Of a stretch of DNA of 64,000 nucleotides, positions 39,584-49,169 are shown piece by piece; the first letter of the stretch is position 1, and every line of letters begins with the position of its first letter. The translations under genes were made by a program, and so were the position numbers. The notes beneath the pieces are model-generated. The model was not told where the DNA came from, did not search any database, and saw nothing but the letters and a program-made list of their open reading frames with translations. The stretch covers positions 41,193-105,192 of the forward strand of contig CAZEHO010000004.1 of the NCBI GenBank assembly GCA_964511945.1, in the 5' to 3' direction. This DNA is from an uncultured Acidimicrobiia bacterium. GTDB lineage: Bacteria; Actinomycetota; Acidimicrobiia; Spongiisociales; UBA11373.

Positions 39584-40360
39584 ATGGACGGACCGAATCC
39601 TCTTCGGGCGCTGCTCTCGATGCTCAGGGCGCGGCGCCTTCGCAGGCCCGATTTCGCAGGCTCGGATCGGGTCGATCACGGCAAGCTCGATCCCATCCTC
39701 GACCTCGTGGCGAGGGGTGGCGTGGCGGCGCTCGACGGCGCGGCGGCAGACCTCTCGGCGTACATCACAGCTCTCGGCCTGGTGGATCCGGACACCCTCA
39801 GCCGCGCCGAAGGCATGGCGTACTGGCTCAACCTTTACAACGCCGGGGCGCTCGACCTCACCCGGCGGAGCCACCAGGCAGACACCGGCACCGTCCTTCG
39901 GGTCCCGGGGGCATTCGACCGGCCCTTCGTTCAGGTCGCCGGCGAGGATCTGTCGCTCGACGGAATCGAACACGGCAAGATCCGCCGCCTCGGGAGCCCC
40001 CGCATCCACGCGGCGCTCGTCTGCGGATCGGCTTCATGTCCGACCCTGCGCTTCGAGGCCTATCGAGGGCCCGACGTGGACGGCCAACTCGAGGATCAAT
40101 TGGTCTCCTGGCTGCGGGCAGGTGCAGCCGACGCCGACCGGCAGGCCGGGGTCCTCAGGCTGTCCCGAGTATTCCTCTGGTACGGCTCCGACTTCGTTCG
40201 GCCCCATCGCATGCCCACGCTCATCCCGGCGTCGAAGCGGTCGATCCGGAAGGCCGTGGAGCCCTGGCTCTCAGAGCAGGACCGGGAATGGGTGGCGGCG
40301 GTGGAACCGGCCGTCGAATTCCAGTCCTACGACTGGTCACTGGCCTGCACCGTCCGCTGA
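39584..40360 (+). CDS. DUF547 domain protein
   Basis: AYWLNLYNA, SLDGIEH, PRIHAALVCGSASCP, LSRVFLWYGSDF, YDWSL. Confidence 0.9.
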   Translation: MDGPNPLRALLSMLRARRLRRPDFAGSDRVDHGKLDPILDLVARGGVAALDGAAADLSAYITALGLVDPDTLSRAEGMAYWLNLYNAGALDLTRRSHQADTGTVLRVPGAFDRPFVQVAGEDLSLDGIEHGKIRRLGSPRIHAALVCGSASCPTLRFEAYRGPDVDGQLEDQLVSWLRAGAADADRQAGVLRLSRVFLWYGSDFVRPHRMPTLIPASKRSIRKAVEPWLSEQDREWVAAVEPAVEFQSYDWSLACTVR

Positions 40361-40366
40361 GCCGCC

Positions 40367-40606
40367 CTACTCCTCGCTCGACCCACCCCGCAGCGCGGCG
40401 TAGATCTCTTTGCAGGTCGGACAGACCGGGTAGCGGTCCGGGTCCCGGTTCGGAATCCAGCGCTTGCCACACAGTGCGGTGACGGGAACCCCCTCGACGT
40501 TGCTCCGCACGATGTCCTCTTTCCGGACGTAGTGCGCAAAGCGGTCGTGATCACCTTCATCGGTGATGACCGGCTTGACCTTGGTCTCGGTGGTTCGCTG
40601 CGTCAT
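40367..40606 (-). CDS. DUF3039 family protein
   Basis: GDHDRFAHYV, ALCGKRWIP..P..YPVCPTCKEIY. Confidence 0.9.
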   Translation of the reverse strand: MTQRTTETKVKPVITDEGDHDRFAHYVRKEDIVRSNVEGVPVTALCGKRWIPNRDPDRYPVCPTCKEIYAALRGGSSEE

Positions 40607-40630
40607 ACCGCCATTGTGGCACTGCGGCGG

Positions 40631-40822
40631 TCAGTCTCCCCTGAGCTGAACGATCCGCTCGTCGAGCACCGTGATGCCGAGATCGAGAGGCTGCCATGTG
40701 TCACTCGCCTGCTCGTAGATCATCAGAACGTGGCCGTCGAGAGCCGAATCGAAGGCCTTGATCAGGAGAAGACCGTCGTCGACATCGATCACCGCGATGC
40801 CCTCGAAGCTCGTGGCCGTCAT
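40631..40822 (-). CDS. Small hypothetical protein or gene fragment
   Basis: 63-aa ORF with protein-like composition. Confidence 0.4.
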   Translation of the reverse strand: MTATSFEGIAVIDVDDGLLLIKAFDSALDGHVLMIYEQASDTWQPLDLGITVLDERIVQLRGD

Positions 40823-40852
40823 CGTGGCTACCAGATCCGGTATTTCTCCGCC

Positions 40853-41580
40853 ATGGAACGACCAGAGAGCGAGGTCGCCGGTGTCCGCCCGGAGGCTGGT
40901 CCAGTAGACGGCGCCGTTGTCGCGGGATCGGCGCCGGCGATCAGCCCACGGTTCGCGTGGTCACCCGGCGGTTCCGTCCTGGCGGTGGCGAGTGGGTTCC
41001 TCGATGTCTATCCGGTTGGAGGCGAGCCGATTCACATCCAGGATCAGACCGTCGGAATCGCCTGGCGCCCTCACGGAGGCCAGGTGGCGACCCTGGAAGG
41101 ACCGATGTTCGCCACCCTTGAGCTGTGGGACCCGGTCACCTGGGAATCGACAGGTTGGCTCGGGCGCAGTTGGGAGAGCCACGGCAATGAGTACTTCGGT
41201 CCTCCGGGCGATTGAGAAACCCCGTGTACCGAGGGTCCCAACGACGGCGCCCAGGGCGGCGGGCCGTACTACTCCACCGCGGGCACGTACATCGTGCTCC
41301 ACAGCGACGGAGAGGGACTGACCCACGTATGGGAGACCGCCACCGGGAGCTACCTGTTCGGCCTGGCGACACCCGACGGAGGAGACATCGAATTCACGGA
41401 CGACACCACCATGTTTGTCGGCGGTACCACTATCACGATGTGGAACCTGATCACCGGGGAGATGTTCTTCGAGTTCCCACCGAGTCTCGGGCGACATGGC
41501 ACGACATCTCACCCGACGGGCGATACCTGGCCGTCGGTGACCTGGACGGACGGGTCCTCTTCTACGCGATCGAGGCGTAG
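40853..41580 (+). pseudogene. WD40-repeat protein remnant
   Basis: AWSPGG..LA, AWRPHG..VAT..LELWD, HVWET, ISPDGRYLAVGD.DG; in-frame TGA at 41213-41215 and a frameshift near 41480. Confidence 0.65.
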
Positions 41581-41619
41581 CCGGTTGCTCCCGAGTCGCG
41601 ACCGACAAACGGGGGAGCG

Positions 41620-42258
41620 CTACGGGGCCGCCCCGAGCTCGCCGTTGCGAACCGTCCGTCCGACACCTATCGAAAAGGCGGTGATCGCCAGCACCGCCGC
41701 CATCACGTCGAAAGGCAGGATCAGCGTGGCGATCTTGCCCCCATCCACGAGCCAGCCCCCGTCGGCTGTGAAGCCGACGATGTCGAGATAGCGCCAGATC
41801 GACCAGACGCACACCACACCCATCATCACCGCGCCGGCGACGGCAAGGCGGGATCCACCGATCCAGCGCAGGCCGAGGGCGAACGCAGCCACCACCCAGG
41901 CGATGTCCATTGCGGAGATCAGTTGCAGAAACTGGAGCGAAGCGTCGTAGCGAAGGGCCGCCGACGTTGCCAGGGTCACCAGCCCAACCGCCCCAGTGAC
42001 GAACACAACGATCACGATCCCCGCCAACGCGGTGCGTACCCGGCCGCTGAGGGAACTCCTCTCGAACCACCCGGCGTCGGCGAGCGACCACAAGTGGAAC
42101 ACCAGTGCGGTCCCGAACACAACGATGGCGACCAGGTGAACCACGGCGGTCAGCAGGGGGTCGCCGGGGGCGGGGACAACCAGCAGCGGGATGGCGGCGG
42201 CGGCGCCGACCGTCATCCACAGTATCGAGCGGGTGATGGCGCGTTCTGCAGGACTCAT
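41620..42258 (-). CDS. Hypothetical multi-pass membrane protein
   Basis: ~6 TM, 212 aa, directly downstream of the rhodanese gene. Confidence 0.75.
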   Translation of the reverse strand: MSPAERAITRSILWMTVGAAAAIPLLVVPAPGDPLLTAVVHLVAIVVFGTALVFHLWSLADAGWFERSSLSGRVRTALAGIVIVVFVTGAVGLVTLATSAALRYDASLQFLQLISAMDIAWVVAAFALGLRWIGGSRLAVAGAVMMGVVCVWSIWRYLDIVGFTADGGWLVDGGKIATLILPFDVMAAVLAITAFSIGVGRTVRNGELGAAP

Positions 42259-42261
42259 CGG

Positions 42262-42684
42262 TCAGTTGAGCGGCAGGCCGGTCTCGTACCAGCGTGCGAT
42301 GCCACCGTCGATCTCGTAGATCCGCTGGAAGCCGAGATCCTGCATGATCTGGACCGCGCTGGCGCTCCGTCTGCCGGTTCGGCAGTACACCACGTAGGTC
42401 GTTTCGGGGTCGAGTTCGCCGAGCTTCCGCCCGAAATCGGCGGCGTAGTAGTCGATGTTCACTGCACCCGCGAGCCTGGCCTGGGCAAACTCCTCGGGGG
42501 TCCGGATATCCAGCAGCACCATGTCCTCCGGCCCGTCGGATAGCACCTCGGACGCAGCCTCCGGGTCGATCAGTTGGAGAAACGGGGCCTCGGGCTCCGA
42601 AGCGGAGTCGGAACAGGCGACCGCCACGAGGGCGACGGCCAGGGTCATGGCGAGCAAGCGAACGAGTCGCATCACGAACCTCAT
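42262..42684 (-). CDS. Rhodanese-like lipoprotein
   Basis: Lipobox VAVAC; LDIRTPEEF, YCRTGRRS, GGIARW. Confidence 0.88.
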   Translation of the reverse strand: MRFVMRLVRLLAMTLAVALVAVACSDSASEPEAPFLQLIDPEAASEVLSDGPEDMVLLDIRTPEEFAQARLAGAVNIDYYAADFGRKLGELDPETTYVVYCRTGRRSASAVQIMQDLGFQRIYEIDGGIARWYETGLPLN

Positions 42685-42742
42685 CGGCGACTCGGCGATC
42701 GTACCGCCCGCCCGGGAGAATCCGGCGCCGGGTTGGGGGTGG

Positions 42743-43618
42743 CTAATCGCCCGCCGACGCGATTCCCCGCGCCTCCGCCACCCGGGCTCGCGCGATCTCC
42801 AGATAGGACGCATCGACGTCGTAGCCGACGAAGTGGCGTCCGGTCTCGACGGCGGCCACCGCGGTGGTCCCCGAACCGATGAACGGATCCAGGACGAGGT
42901 CGCCGCTGAAGGTGTAGAGCTCGATCAGCCGGCGGGGCAGCTCGACCGGGAAGGGGGCGGGGTGTCCGATCCGCCGGGCCGAGGCGGGGGCTATCGGCCA
43001 GACCGACACGGTGGCCTCAAGGAACTCCTCCCGGCCGATGGTGTCCTCACCAATGCGGGACCTGCGAAAGCTTCCCTTGCTCGCCACCAGGACGTACTCG
43101 TGGACGTCGCGCAGCGTCGGGTTCTTGGCCGAGCGCCACGACCCCCACGCGCACGAGCCGCCGGCGCCCTGGGCCTTCTGCCACACGATCTCGCCGCGCA
43201 TCAGGAACCCGAGTTCCTCGAGCATCGAGGCCACCCGGTGGTTCAGGGCCAGATACGGCTTGCGGCCGAGGTTCGCCACGTTGACCGCCACCCGGCCGCC
43301 CGGTTCGAGCACCCGGAACGTCTCTGCCAGGACCGTTCGCAGCAACTGGAGGTACTCATCCAGGCTTAGGTCGGCGTCGTAGTCCTTGCCGACGTTGTAC
43401 GGCGGTGAGGTGACCATCAGGGCGACGCAGTTGTCCGGCAGGTCCTCCATCGATTCCGACGAGGCGCAGATCAGCCGGTCGATGACCTCGGGGGGCGGGG
43501 CCACCGGTTCGGTGGCGGTCGGGGTCACGACGCGCTCGACCATACGGCGCTGATAGAACGCCGATGCATCATGACTCTCGCGTTTGCCCGCGCCGAAACT
43601 GGCGGTTTCCGTCGCCAA
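42743..43618 (-). CDS. Orphan beta-class amino DNA methyltransferase (SPPY, likely m4C)
   Basis: TSPPYN before HPAPFP and DPFIGSGTT; AGGAGG RBS before TTG. Confidence 0.92.
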   Translation of the reverse strand: MATETASFGAGKRESHDASAFYQRRMVERVVTPTATEPVAPPPEVIDRLICASSESMEDLPDNCVALMVTSPPYNVGKDYDADLSLDEYLQLLRTVLAETFRVLEPGGRVAVNVANLGRKPYLALNHRVASMLEELGFLMRGEIVWQKAQGAGGSCAWGSWRSAKNPTLRDVHEYVLVASKGSFRRSRIGEDTIGREEFLEATVSVWPIAPASARRIGHPAPFPVELPRRLIELYTFSGDLVLDPFIGSGTTAVAAVETGRHFVGYDVDASYLEIARARVAEARGIASAGD

Positions 43619-43639
43619 CAGGCCTCCTGACTTGGGGTC

Positions 43640-43659
43640 ACGCTAGCGAGTTATCCACA
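43640..43659. promoter_or_regulatory. Perfect DnaA box next to the putative -10 of the methyltransferase
   Basis: TTATCCACA at 43651-43659; minus-strand TAGCGT at 43640-43645. Confidence 0.55.
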
Positions 43660-43740
43660 GCCGCCGGTGATTTTGGATGGCCCGGAGAATCACACGCGTG
43701 TCAGTACCATCGGCCTGCCGGCAGCCTCACTGGAGCGTTC

Positions 43741-46700
43741 ATGCACAGCGGTCACGACCTCTCCAACGAGTGGCTCGTCGCCGAAATGCGGGATCGCTTC
43801 GTCGAGGACCCGCGCTCGGTCAGCGAAGCCTGGCGCCGGTTCTTTTCCGGAGAGGAAGTCCCGGCGGAGCCCGCCGCTACCACCGAGCCGCTGCCGCTCC
43901 CGGCGGAATCCAGGCCCGAACCATCCTCCGCCCCGGCGCCACCACCACCAGCGGCCGCCCCGGAATCCGACACTCCGGAACCGGCACCTGATGACGATGG
44001 TGCCGACGTCGAGCGCATGATCGGCGCCCCGGCTCGCATCGTCGAGGCGATGGAAACGAGCCGGGAGATCCCGACCGCCACCTCGGTGCGTTCGATTCCG
44101 GCGAGGCTGCTCGAGGTCAATCGGGCGGTGATCAACAACCAACTGAAGCGCCTCGACGATCCCCGCAAGGTGAGCTTCACCCACGTCATCGGATGGGCGG
44201 TGGTTCGAGCGCTCGCCGAACGGTCTGCGATGAACACCGCCTACCGGGAGATCGGCGGCGACCCGCACGCGGTGCGCTACCGGCATGTCAACTTGGGCCT
44301 GGCGATGGACATGCCGGCACGCGACGGCGGCCGCACCCTGCTCGTCCCGAACATCAAGGCCGCCGAGGAGATGGACTTCCGCGGCTTTTGGGAGGCCTAC
44401 GAGGAGATGGTCGGCCGGGTGCGAGCCGGGAGAATCACCCCCGACGATTTTGCCGGGACCACGGCGACCCTCACCAACCCCGGCACGGTGGGCACCGTGC
44501 AATCGGTCCCCCGTCTCATGGTCGGCCAGGGCGTGATCATCGGGGTTGGGGCCATCGGCTATCCGCCCGAGTATCAGGGCGCCGATCCCGCCTACCTGGC
44601 ACGCTCCGGAACCGGGCGGTCGATCACGATGACCTCCACCTACGACCACCGGGTGATCCAGGGAGCGGAGAGCGGCCTCTTCCTGGCCCGGATCCACCAG
44701 CTCCTGCTCGGCGAGGACGGGTTCTACGACGAGGTCTTCTCGTCCATGGGCATCCCGTACCTCCCGGCCCGCTGGGCGATCGACCGGCACCCGCCACCGG
44801 GGAGCAACGAATGGGCCGAGAAGCAGGCCCGGGTATTCCAGCTCATCAACATGTTCCGGGTCCGGGGGCATCTCATCGCCGATCTCGATCCGCTCCGCCT
44901 CGGCGGTCCCACGGTCCACTCGGAACTCGACCCCCTTACGTACGGGCTCACCATCTGGGACCTCGACCGGACATTCGCCACCGGCGGCTTCGGCGGCGAG
45001 CAGAGCTCGACGCTGGGCAAGATTCTGGCCCGGCTGCGAGACGCGTACTGCCGAACCATCGGCATCGAGTACATGCACATCCAGATTCCGGAGCAGAAGA
45101 ACTGGATCCAGCAGGCCGCCGAGGCCGATCCCGAGGAACTCACCCGGGCCGAGAAGCAGCGGATCCTCTCCAAGCTCGCCGAAGCCGAAACGTTCGAGCG
45201 CTTCGTGCACACCAAGTACCTGGGTCACAAGCGGTTCAGCCTGGAGGGATCGGAGACCTTGATCCCGATGCTCGATTCGCTGCTCACCAAAGCGGCCGGA
45301 GCCGGCATGCACGAGGTTTCCATCGGCATGGCGCATCGGGGCAGGCTCAACGTGCTCGTCAACGTGATCGGGAAACCCTTTGCCCGGGTCTTCCGCGAGT
45401 TCGAGGGCGAGGTCGACCCCCGCACCCTGTACGGGTCGGGCGACGTGAAGTACCACGTTGGGGAGGAAGGCGTGCACGAGGCCCCGGACGGCACACGGGT
45501 GACCGTCGAGGTGGTCTCCAACCCGAGCCATCTCGAGGCGGTCGATCCGGTGCTCGAGGGGATCGTCCGGGCCAAGCAGGACGCACTCGGCCCGGGAGCA
45601 GAAGATCTGATACTTCCGGTCCTCATCCACGGTGATGCGGCCTTTGCAGGCCAGGGGGTCGTGGCAGAGACCCTCAACCTCTCGCAGTTGGAGGGGTACT
45701 CAACGGGCGGCACGGTGCACATCGTGGTGAACAACCAGGTCGGCTTCACCACCGATGCCGCCGACGCTCGATCCAGCTTCTACGCCACCGATATCGCCAA
45801 GGCGATCCAGGCCCCGATCTTCCATGTGAACGGTGACGATCCGGAGGCGGCGGTCCGGGTGATCCGGCTGGCGTTCGCCTACCGGCAGGCGTTCCACCGC
45901 GACATCGTGATCGACCTGGTGTGTTACCGCCGCCTCGGCCACAACGAGGGAGATGATCCCTCGCTCACCCAGCCGTCGATGTACCGGGCCATCGATGAAC
46001 ACCCGCCGCTCACCAAGGTGTACGGGAGCCGGTTGGTAGGCCGTGAAGAGATGACCGACGCAGACGTCGCCGGGATCGAGGGGCACATCAGGTCCCGGCT
46101 CGACGCCGCCCTGGCGGAGACCCGGGAGCGGCCGGCGGTGCTCGAGTTCGATGCGGCACCGGCTCCCGCGCCGGCGCCGGTCGACACCACGGTGCCGGCC
46201 GCCGCCCTCACCGATCTCGAAGCACAGCTCGCAGCGATCCCCGACGGATTCACCGTGCACCCCCGGCTGGCAAAGGTGCTTGCGGACCGCTCGGAGCTGT
46301 TTGCGTCGGGCTGGGTCGACTGGGCGCTCGGGGAAGCCCTCGCCTTTGCGTCACTGGCCGAGGATGGGATCCGGGTTCGCCTGGCCGGTGAGGACAGCCG
46401 CCGCGGGACGTTCAGCCATCGCCATGCGGTCCTGGTCGATCACCGGACCGAGGAGGAACACTCCCCGATCGAGACCCTCGAGACTGCGGATGCCCAGGTG
46501 CAGCTGGTCGACAGCTTGCTTTCCGAGTTCGCCGCCATGGGCTTCGAGTACGGCTACTCGGTTGTGGCGCCGGATGCACTGGTCATGTGGGAGGCACAGT
46601 TCGGAGATTTCGTCAACGGCGCCCAGGTCATCATCGACCAGTTCCTCTCCGCCGGAGAGGACAAGTGGGGACAGCCGAGCAGTCTGGTGCTGCTCCTCCC

Positions 46701-47334
46701 CCACGGCTTCGAGGGGCAGGGGCCGGAGCACTCGAGCGCCCGCATCGAGCGTTTCCTCCAGCTCAGTGCGGAGGACAACTGGCGGGTCGTGGTGCCGTCG
46801 ACCCCGGGCCAGTACTTCCACGCCCTGCGGCGCCAGGTGCTCGACCCGGTGCGCAAGCCGCTGGTCATGTTCACCCCGAAGTCGCTCCTGCGGACCAGGG
46901 CCTCGTACAGCCCGGCACCCGAGCTGAGCTCGGGTGGATTCCACGCAGTGCTGCCGGATCCGGCTCCGGCGGCGCAGATCCACCGGGCGGTGCTGTGTTC
47001 CGGGAAGCTCTATTACGACCTGCTCCGGGCCCGGCCCGAAGGCAGTGATGTCGCCCTGATCCGCGTCGAGCAGCTCTACCCCTTCCCGGTCGAAGAGATC
47101 GCCGCCGTCCTCCCCGACGACTCCGAGGTGGTGTGGGCACAGGAGGAGCCGGCGAACATGGGTGCAGCAGCGTTCGTGGAGCACCATCTGACGGCTGCGG
47201 GCCGTCCGCCCACCGTCATCAGCCGCGAGGAGAGCGCCAGCCCGGCCACCGGGAGCGCCGCGGTGCACGCCGAGGAGCAGGCTGAGTTGATTCGGCAGGT
47301 GTACGCAACCCGAGATCAGAGATCAGAGGTTTGA
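43741..47334 (+). CDS. sucA: Multifunctional 2-oxoglutarate decarboxylase/dehydrogenase (E2-E1 fusion, Kgd/OdhA type)
   Basis: TSTYDHRVIQGAESG acyltransferase domain, KRFSLEG, GDVKYH, HGDAAFAGQG, WEAQFGDF, GQGPEHSS. Confidence 0.96.
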   Translation: MHSGHDLSNEWLVAEMRDRFVEDPRSVSEAWRRFFSGEEVPAEPAATTEPLPLPAESRPEPSSAPAPPPPAAAPESDTPEPAPDDDGADVERMIGAPARIVEAMETSREIPTATSVRSIPARLLEVNRAVINNQLKRLDDPRKVSFTHVIGWAVVRALAERSAMNTAYREIGGDPHAVRYRHVNLGLAMDMPARDGGRTLLVPNIKAAEEMDFRGFWEAYEEMVGRVRAGRITPDDFAGTTATLTNPGTVGTVQSVPRLMVGQGVIIGVGAIGYPPEYQGADPAYLARSGTGRSITMTSTYDHRVIQGAESGLFLARIHQLLLGEDGFYDEVFSSMGIPYLPARWAIDRHPPPGSNEWAEKQARVFQLINMFRVRGHLIADLDPLRLGGPTVHSELDPLTYGLTIWDLDRTFATGGFGGEQSSTLGKILARLRDAYCRTIGIEYMHIQIPEQKNWIQQAAEADPEELTRAEKQRILSKLAEAETFERFVHTKYLGHKRFSLEGSETLIPMLDSLLTKAAGAGMHEVSIGMAHRGRLNVLVNVIGKPFARVFREFEGEVDPRTLYGSGDVKYHVGEEGVHEAPDGTRVTVEVVSNPSHLEAVDPVLEGIVRAKQDALGPGAEDLILPVLIHGDAAFAGQGVVAETLNLSQLEGYSTGGTVHIVVNNQVGFTTDAADARSSFYATDIAKAIQAPIFHVNGDDPEAAVRVIRLAFAYRQAFHRDIVIDLVCYRRLGHNEGDDPSLTQPSMYRAIDEHPPLTKVYGSRLVGREEMTDADVAGIEGHIRSRLDAALAETRERPAVLEFDAAPAPAPAPVDTTVPAAALTDLEAQLAAIPDGFTVHPRLAKVLADRSELFASGWVDWALGEALAFASLAEDGIRVRLAGEDSRRGTFSHRHAVLVDHRTEEEHSPIETLETADAQVQLVDSLLSEFAAMGFEYGYSVVAPDALVMWEAQFGDFVNGAQVIIDQFLSAGEDKWGQPSSLVLLLPHGFEGQGPEHSSARIERFLQLSAEDNWRVVVPSTPGQYFHALRRQVLDPVRKPLVMFTPKSLLRTRASYSPAPELSSGGFHAVLPDPAPAAQIHRAVLCSGKLYYDLLRARPEGSDVALIRVEQLYPFPVEEIAAVLPDDSEVVWAQEEPANMGAAAFVEHHLTAAGRPPTVISREESASPATGSAAVHAEEQAELIRQVYATRDQRSEV

Positions 47335-47844
47335 GCCCGGCAGCCGGTGCCGCCCCAACGCGACCAGCACCAGGTTCTTCCCCCAGGCCGGGATCTCTCG
47401 CCCGTAGCCGTTGACCAGCCACCGGAGGAACGAGGCATCGCCCCGCTGCCGAACCGGGTCACCGGTGACGGAGAGGCCGAATCGGCGGAACAGAAACCGG
47501 GCCCGCGGCAGGTGGTAGCGGTCGGTGACCAAACACAACGTCCTCCACCCGGCTTGTCCTGCCATGGCGGAGACGAAGCGGGCGTGCTCCAGCGTCGAGG
47601 TCGAGCGGTCCTCGAGCACGATCCGCTCGTCGGGGAACCCGGCATCGATCGCAATCCGGCGCATCGCCTCCGCCTCTGAGATCGGAGCATCGCCGGAGCC
47701 GCCCGAGGCCACCAGCACCGAGTCGGGGAAACGCCGGGCAACCTCGACAGCATGCTCCGCCCTCCTTCGCAGCGACGGAGACGGCCGGCCCGAGGGATAG
47801 ACCTGGGCACCGAGGATCACGACGGCTTCGGGAGCATCTGTCAC
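47323..47844 (-). CDS. YdcF/ElyC (DUF218) family protein
   Basis: VILGA, SGG, SEAEAM, EDRSTSTLE, VTDRYHLPRA; start inferred. Confidence 0.88.
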   Translation of the reverse strand: MTDAPEAVVILGAQVYPSGRPSPSLRRRAEHAVEVARRFPDSVLVASGGSGDAPISEAEAMRRIAIDAGFPDERIVLEDRSTSTLEHARFVSAMAGQAGWRTLCLVTDRYHLPRARFLFRRFGLSVTGDPVRQRGDASFLRWLVNGYGREIPAWGKNLVLVALGRHRLPGSNL

Positions 47845-47918
47845 GCGGTAGAAGATTACGAGGCAGGCCCGGCCCGTCCGTGATACGGTTTCGTCCGAAC
47901 TTCTGGGAAGGAGGACCC

Positions 47919-48005
47919 GTGCATACCCAAGTTGCCATCGCGGCATTGCCGCGTTCCGGTACCCCAGCACATCGGGTGCTCCGGACCGATTCCATTCCTG
48001 CGTAA
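47919..48005 (+). CDS. Putative leader peptide of rsgA (28 aa)
   Basis: AAGGAGG RBS, GTG...TAA: MHTQVAIAALPRSGTPAHRVLRTDSIPA; TG-n-TACGGT extended -10 upstream. Confidence 0.55.
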   Translation: MHTQVAIAALPRSGTPAHRVLRTDSIPA

Positions 48006-48046
48006 GCAGGCGTCGTCCCGAGCACCCCTGCACCGAGGAGTGCTCA
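47960..48046 (+). promoter_or_regulatory. Putative translational attenuator of rsgA
   Basis: AGCAC (47966-70), GGGTGCTC (47974-81), GAGCACCC (48020-27) and GTGCTC (48040-45) allow 1:2+3:4 or 2:3 pairing; 3:4 sequesters the GAGGAG RBS. Confidence 0.55.
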
Positions 48047-48049
48047 ACG

Positions 48050-49165
48050 TTGCATCACCCCATCCCGGCGTCGCGTCCTGAGACGCCCGGCGCCGAACTG
48101 ATCGAATACGGCTGGAACGATGACGTCGCGTCCGGCCTCCACCGCTTCGAGACTCCAGAACCCATCAACGGCCGTGTGATCCGAGTCGATCGCGGCGGCT
48201 TCATCGCGATCACATCGAACGGCGTCGTGGCATGCACACCAACCGGTGGTGCGCTTCCCGACGAATCCGAGCAAGGACCGGTCGCCACCGGCGACTGGGT
48301 GGTCCTGCGCACCGTGCCGGGGTACGGCCTCGATCTGGCCGGCATCCTCGCCAGGCACACCGCCATTCGCAGAGCCGATCCGAGTGCGACCGGCTACCAG
48401 GTACTCGCTGCCAACGTCGACGTCGTGTTCGTGGTGGTGTCCATGGACCGGCCCCTCAAACCGGGACGGATCGAGCGGTTGCTCGTCGTGGCCTGGGAGA
48501 GTGCGGCCACACCGGTGGTCGCCGTCACCAAAACCGACCTGGCCGAATCAGGAGCGATCGCCGTCGACCCGGAGGCCTTCCTCACCGGGGTCGCCACAGC
48601 AGCAACCGGAGTCGATGTCCTGGCCGTCAGCGGCGCGACCGGCGATGGCATCGATCTGCTGGAGCCACACCTGTTGCCGGGTGCCACCGTTGCGCTCATC
48701 GGGGAGTCGGGGGTGGGCAAGTCGACCCTCGCCAATGCCGTAATCGGAGCAGAACGATTCGACACCGGCCCTACCCGGACAGGTGACTCCATGGGTCGCC
48801 ACACCACGACGTCGCGGGAACTGGTCGTCCTGCCCTCCGGCGCCCTGCTCATCGACACGCCCGGCCTGCGAGCTGTCGCGCTGGCAGACGGGGGCGGCGG
48901 AGTCGCCCAGGCGTTTCCCGAAATCGAGGGATTGGCACAGACCTGCCGTTTCCGGGATTGCGGCCACGACCACGAACCCGGCTGCGCGGTGACGGGCGCG
49001 ATCGCCGACGGGACCCTGAACGAACGGCGGCTGCAGAGCTATCGGAAGCTGCAGCGGGAGGCGGCCCACGAAGCGCGCCGGGCCGACATCAGGACGAGAC
49101 AGGCCGCAACCAGGGAGCATCGCCGGCGCTACAACCGGATGCGAGACAGGGACCGGGAGTGGTGA
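48050..49165 (+). CDS. rsgA: Ribosome small subunit-dependent GTPase A
   Basis: OB fold (TGDWV), circularly permuted TKTD, GESGVGKS, GRHTT, DTPG; Zn site CRFRDCGH..EPGC. Confidence 0.93.
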   Translation: MHHPIPASRPETPGAELIEYGWNDDVASGLHRFETPEPINGRVIRVDRGGFIAITSNGVVACTPTGGALPDESEQGPVATGDWVVLRTVPGYGLDLAGILARHTAIRRADPSATGYQVLAANVDVVFVVVSMDRPLKPGRIERLLVVAWESAATPVVAVTKTDLAESGAIAVDPEAFLTGVATAATGVDVLAVSGATGDGIDLLEPHLLPGATVALIGESGVGKSTLANAVIGAERFDTGPTRTGDSMGRHTTTSRELVVLPSGALLIDTPGLRAVALADGGGGVAQAFPEIEGLAQTCRFRDCGHDHEPGCAVTGAIADGTLNERRLQSYRKLQREAAHEARRADIRTRQAATREHRRRYNRMRDRDREW

Positions 49166-49169
49166 CCGG

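Noticed and set aside
6674-41215. In-frame TGA/TAG codons as stop-codon reassignment or Sec/Pyl recoding
   Set aside because: TGA and TAG terminate many intact genes here, and the affected genes also carry truncations, frameshifts or a second stop; decay is simpler.
43698-43720. TGTCAG upstream of sucA as a PafBC site
   Set aside because: No TAnnnT at the 10-nt spacing; the adjacent TACCAT is more likely an ordinary -10.
36438-45630. Long antisense or alternate-frame ORFs (e.g. 36438-38036, 38677-40482, 43690-45630)
   Set aside because: Shadow ORFs of real genes, expected in high-GC DNA; no recognisable motifs.
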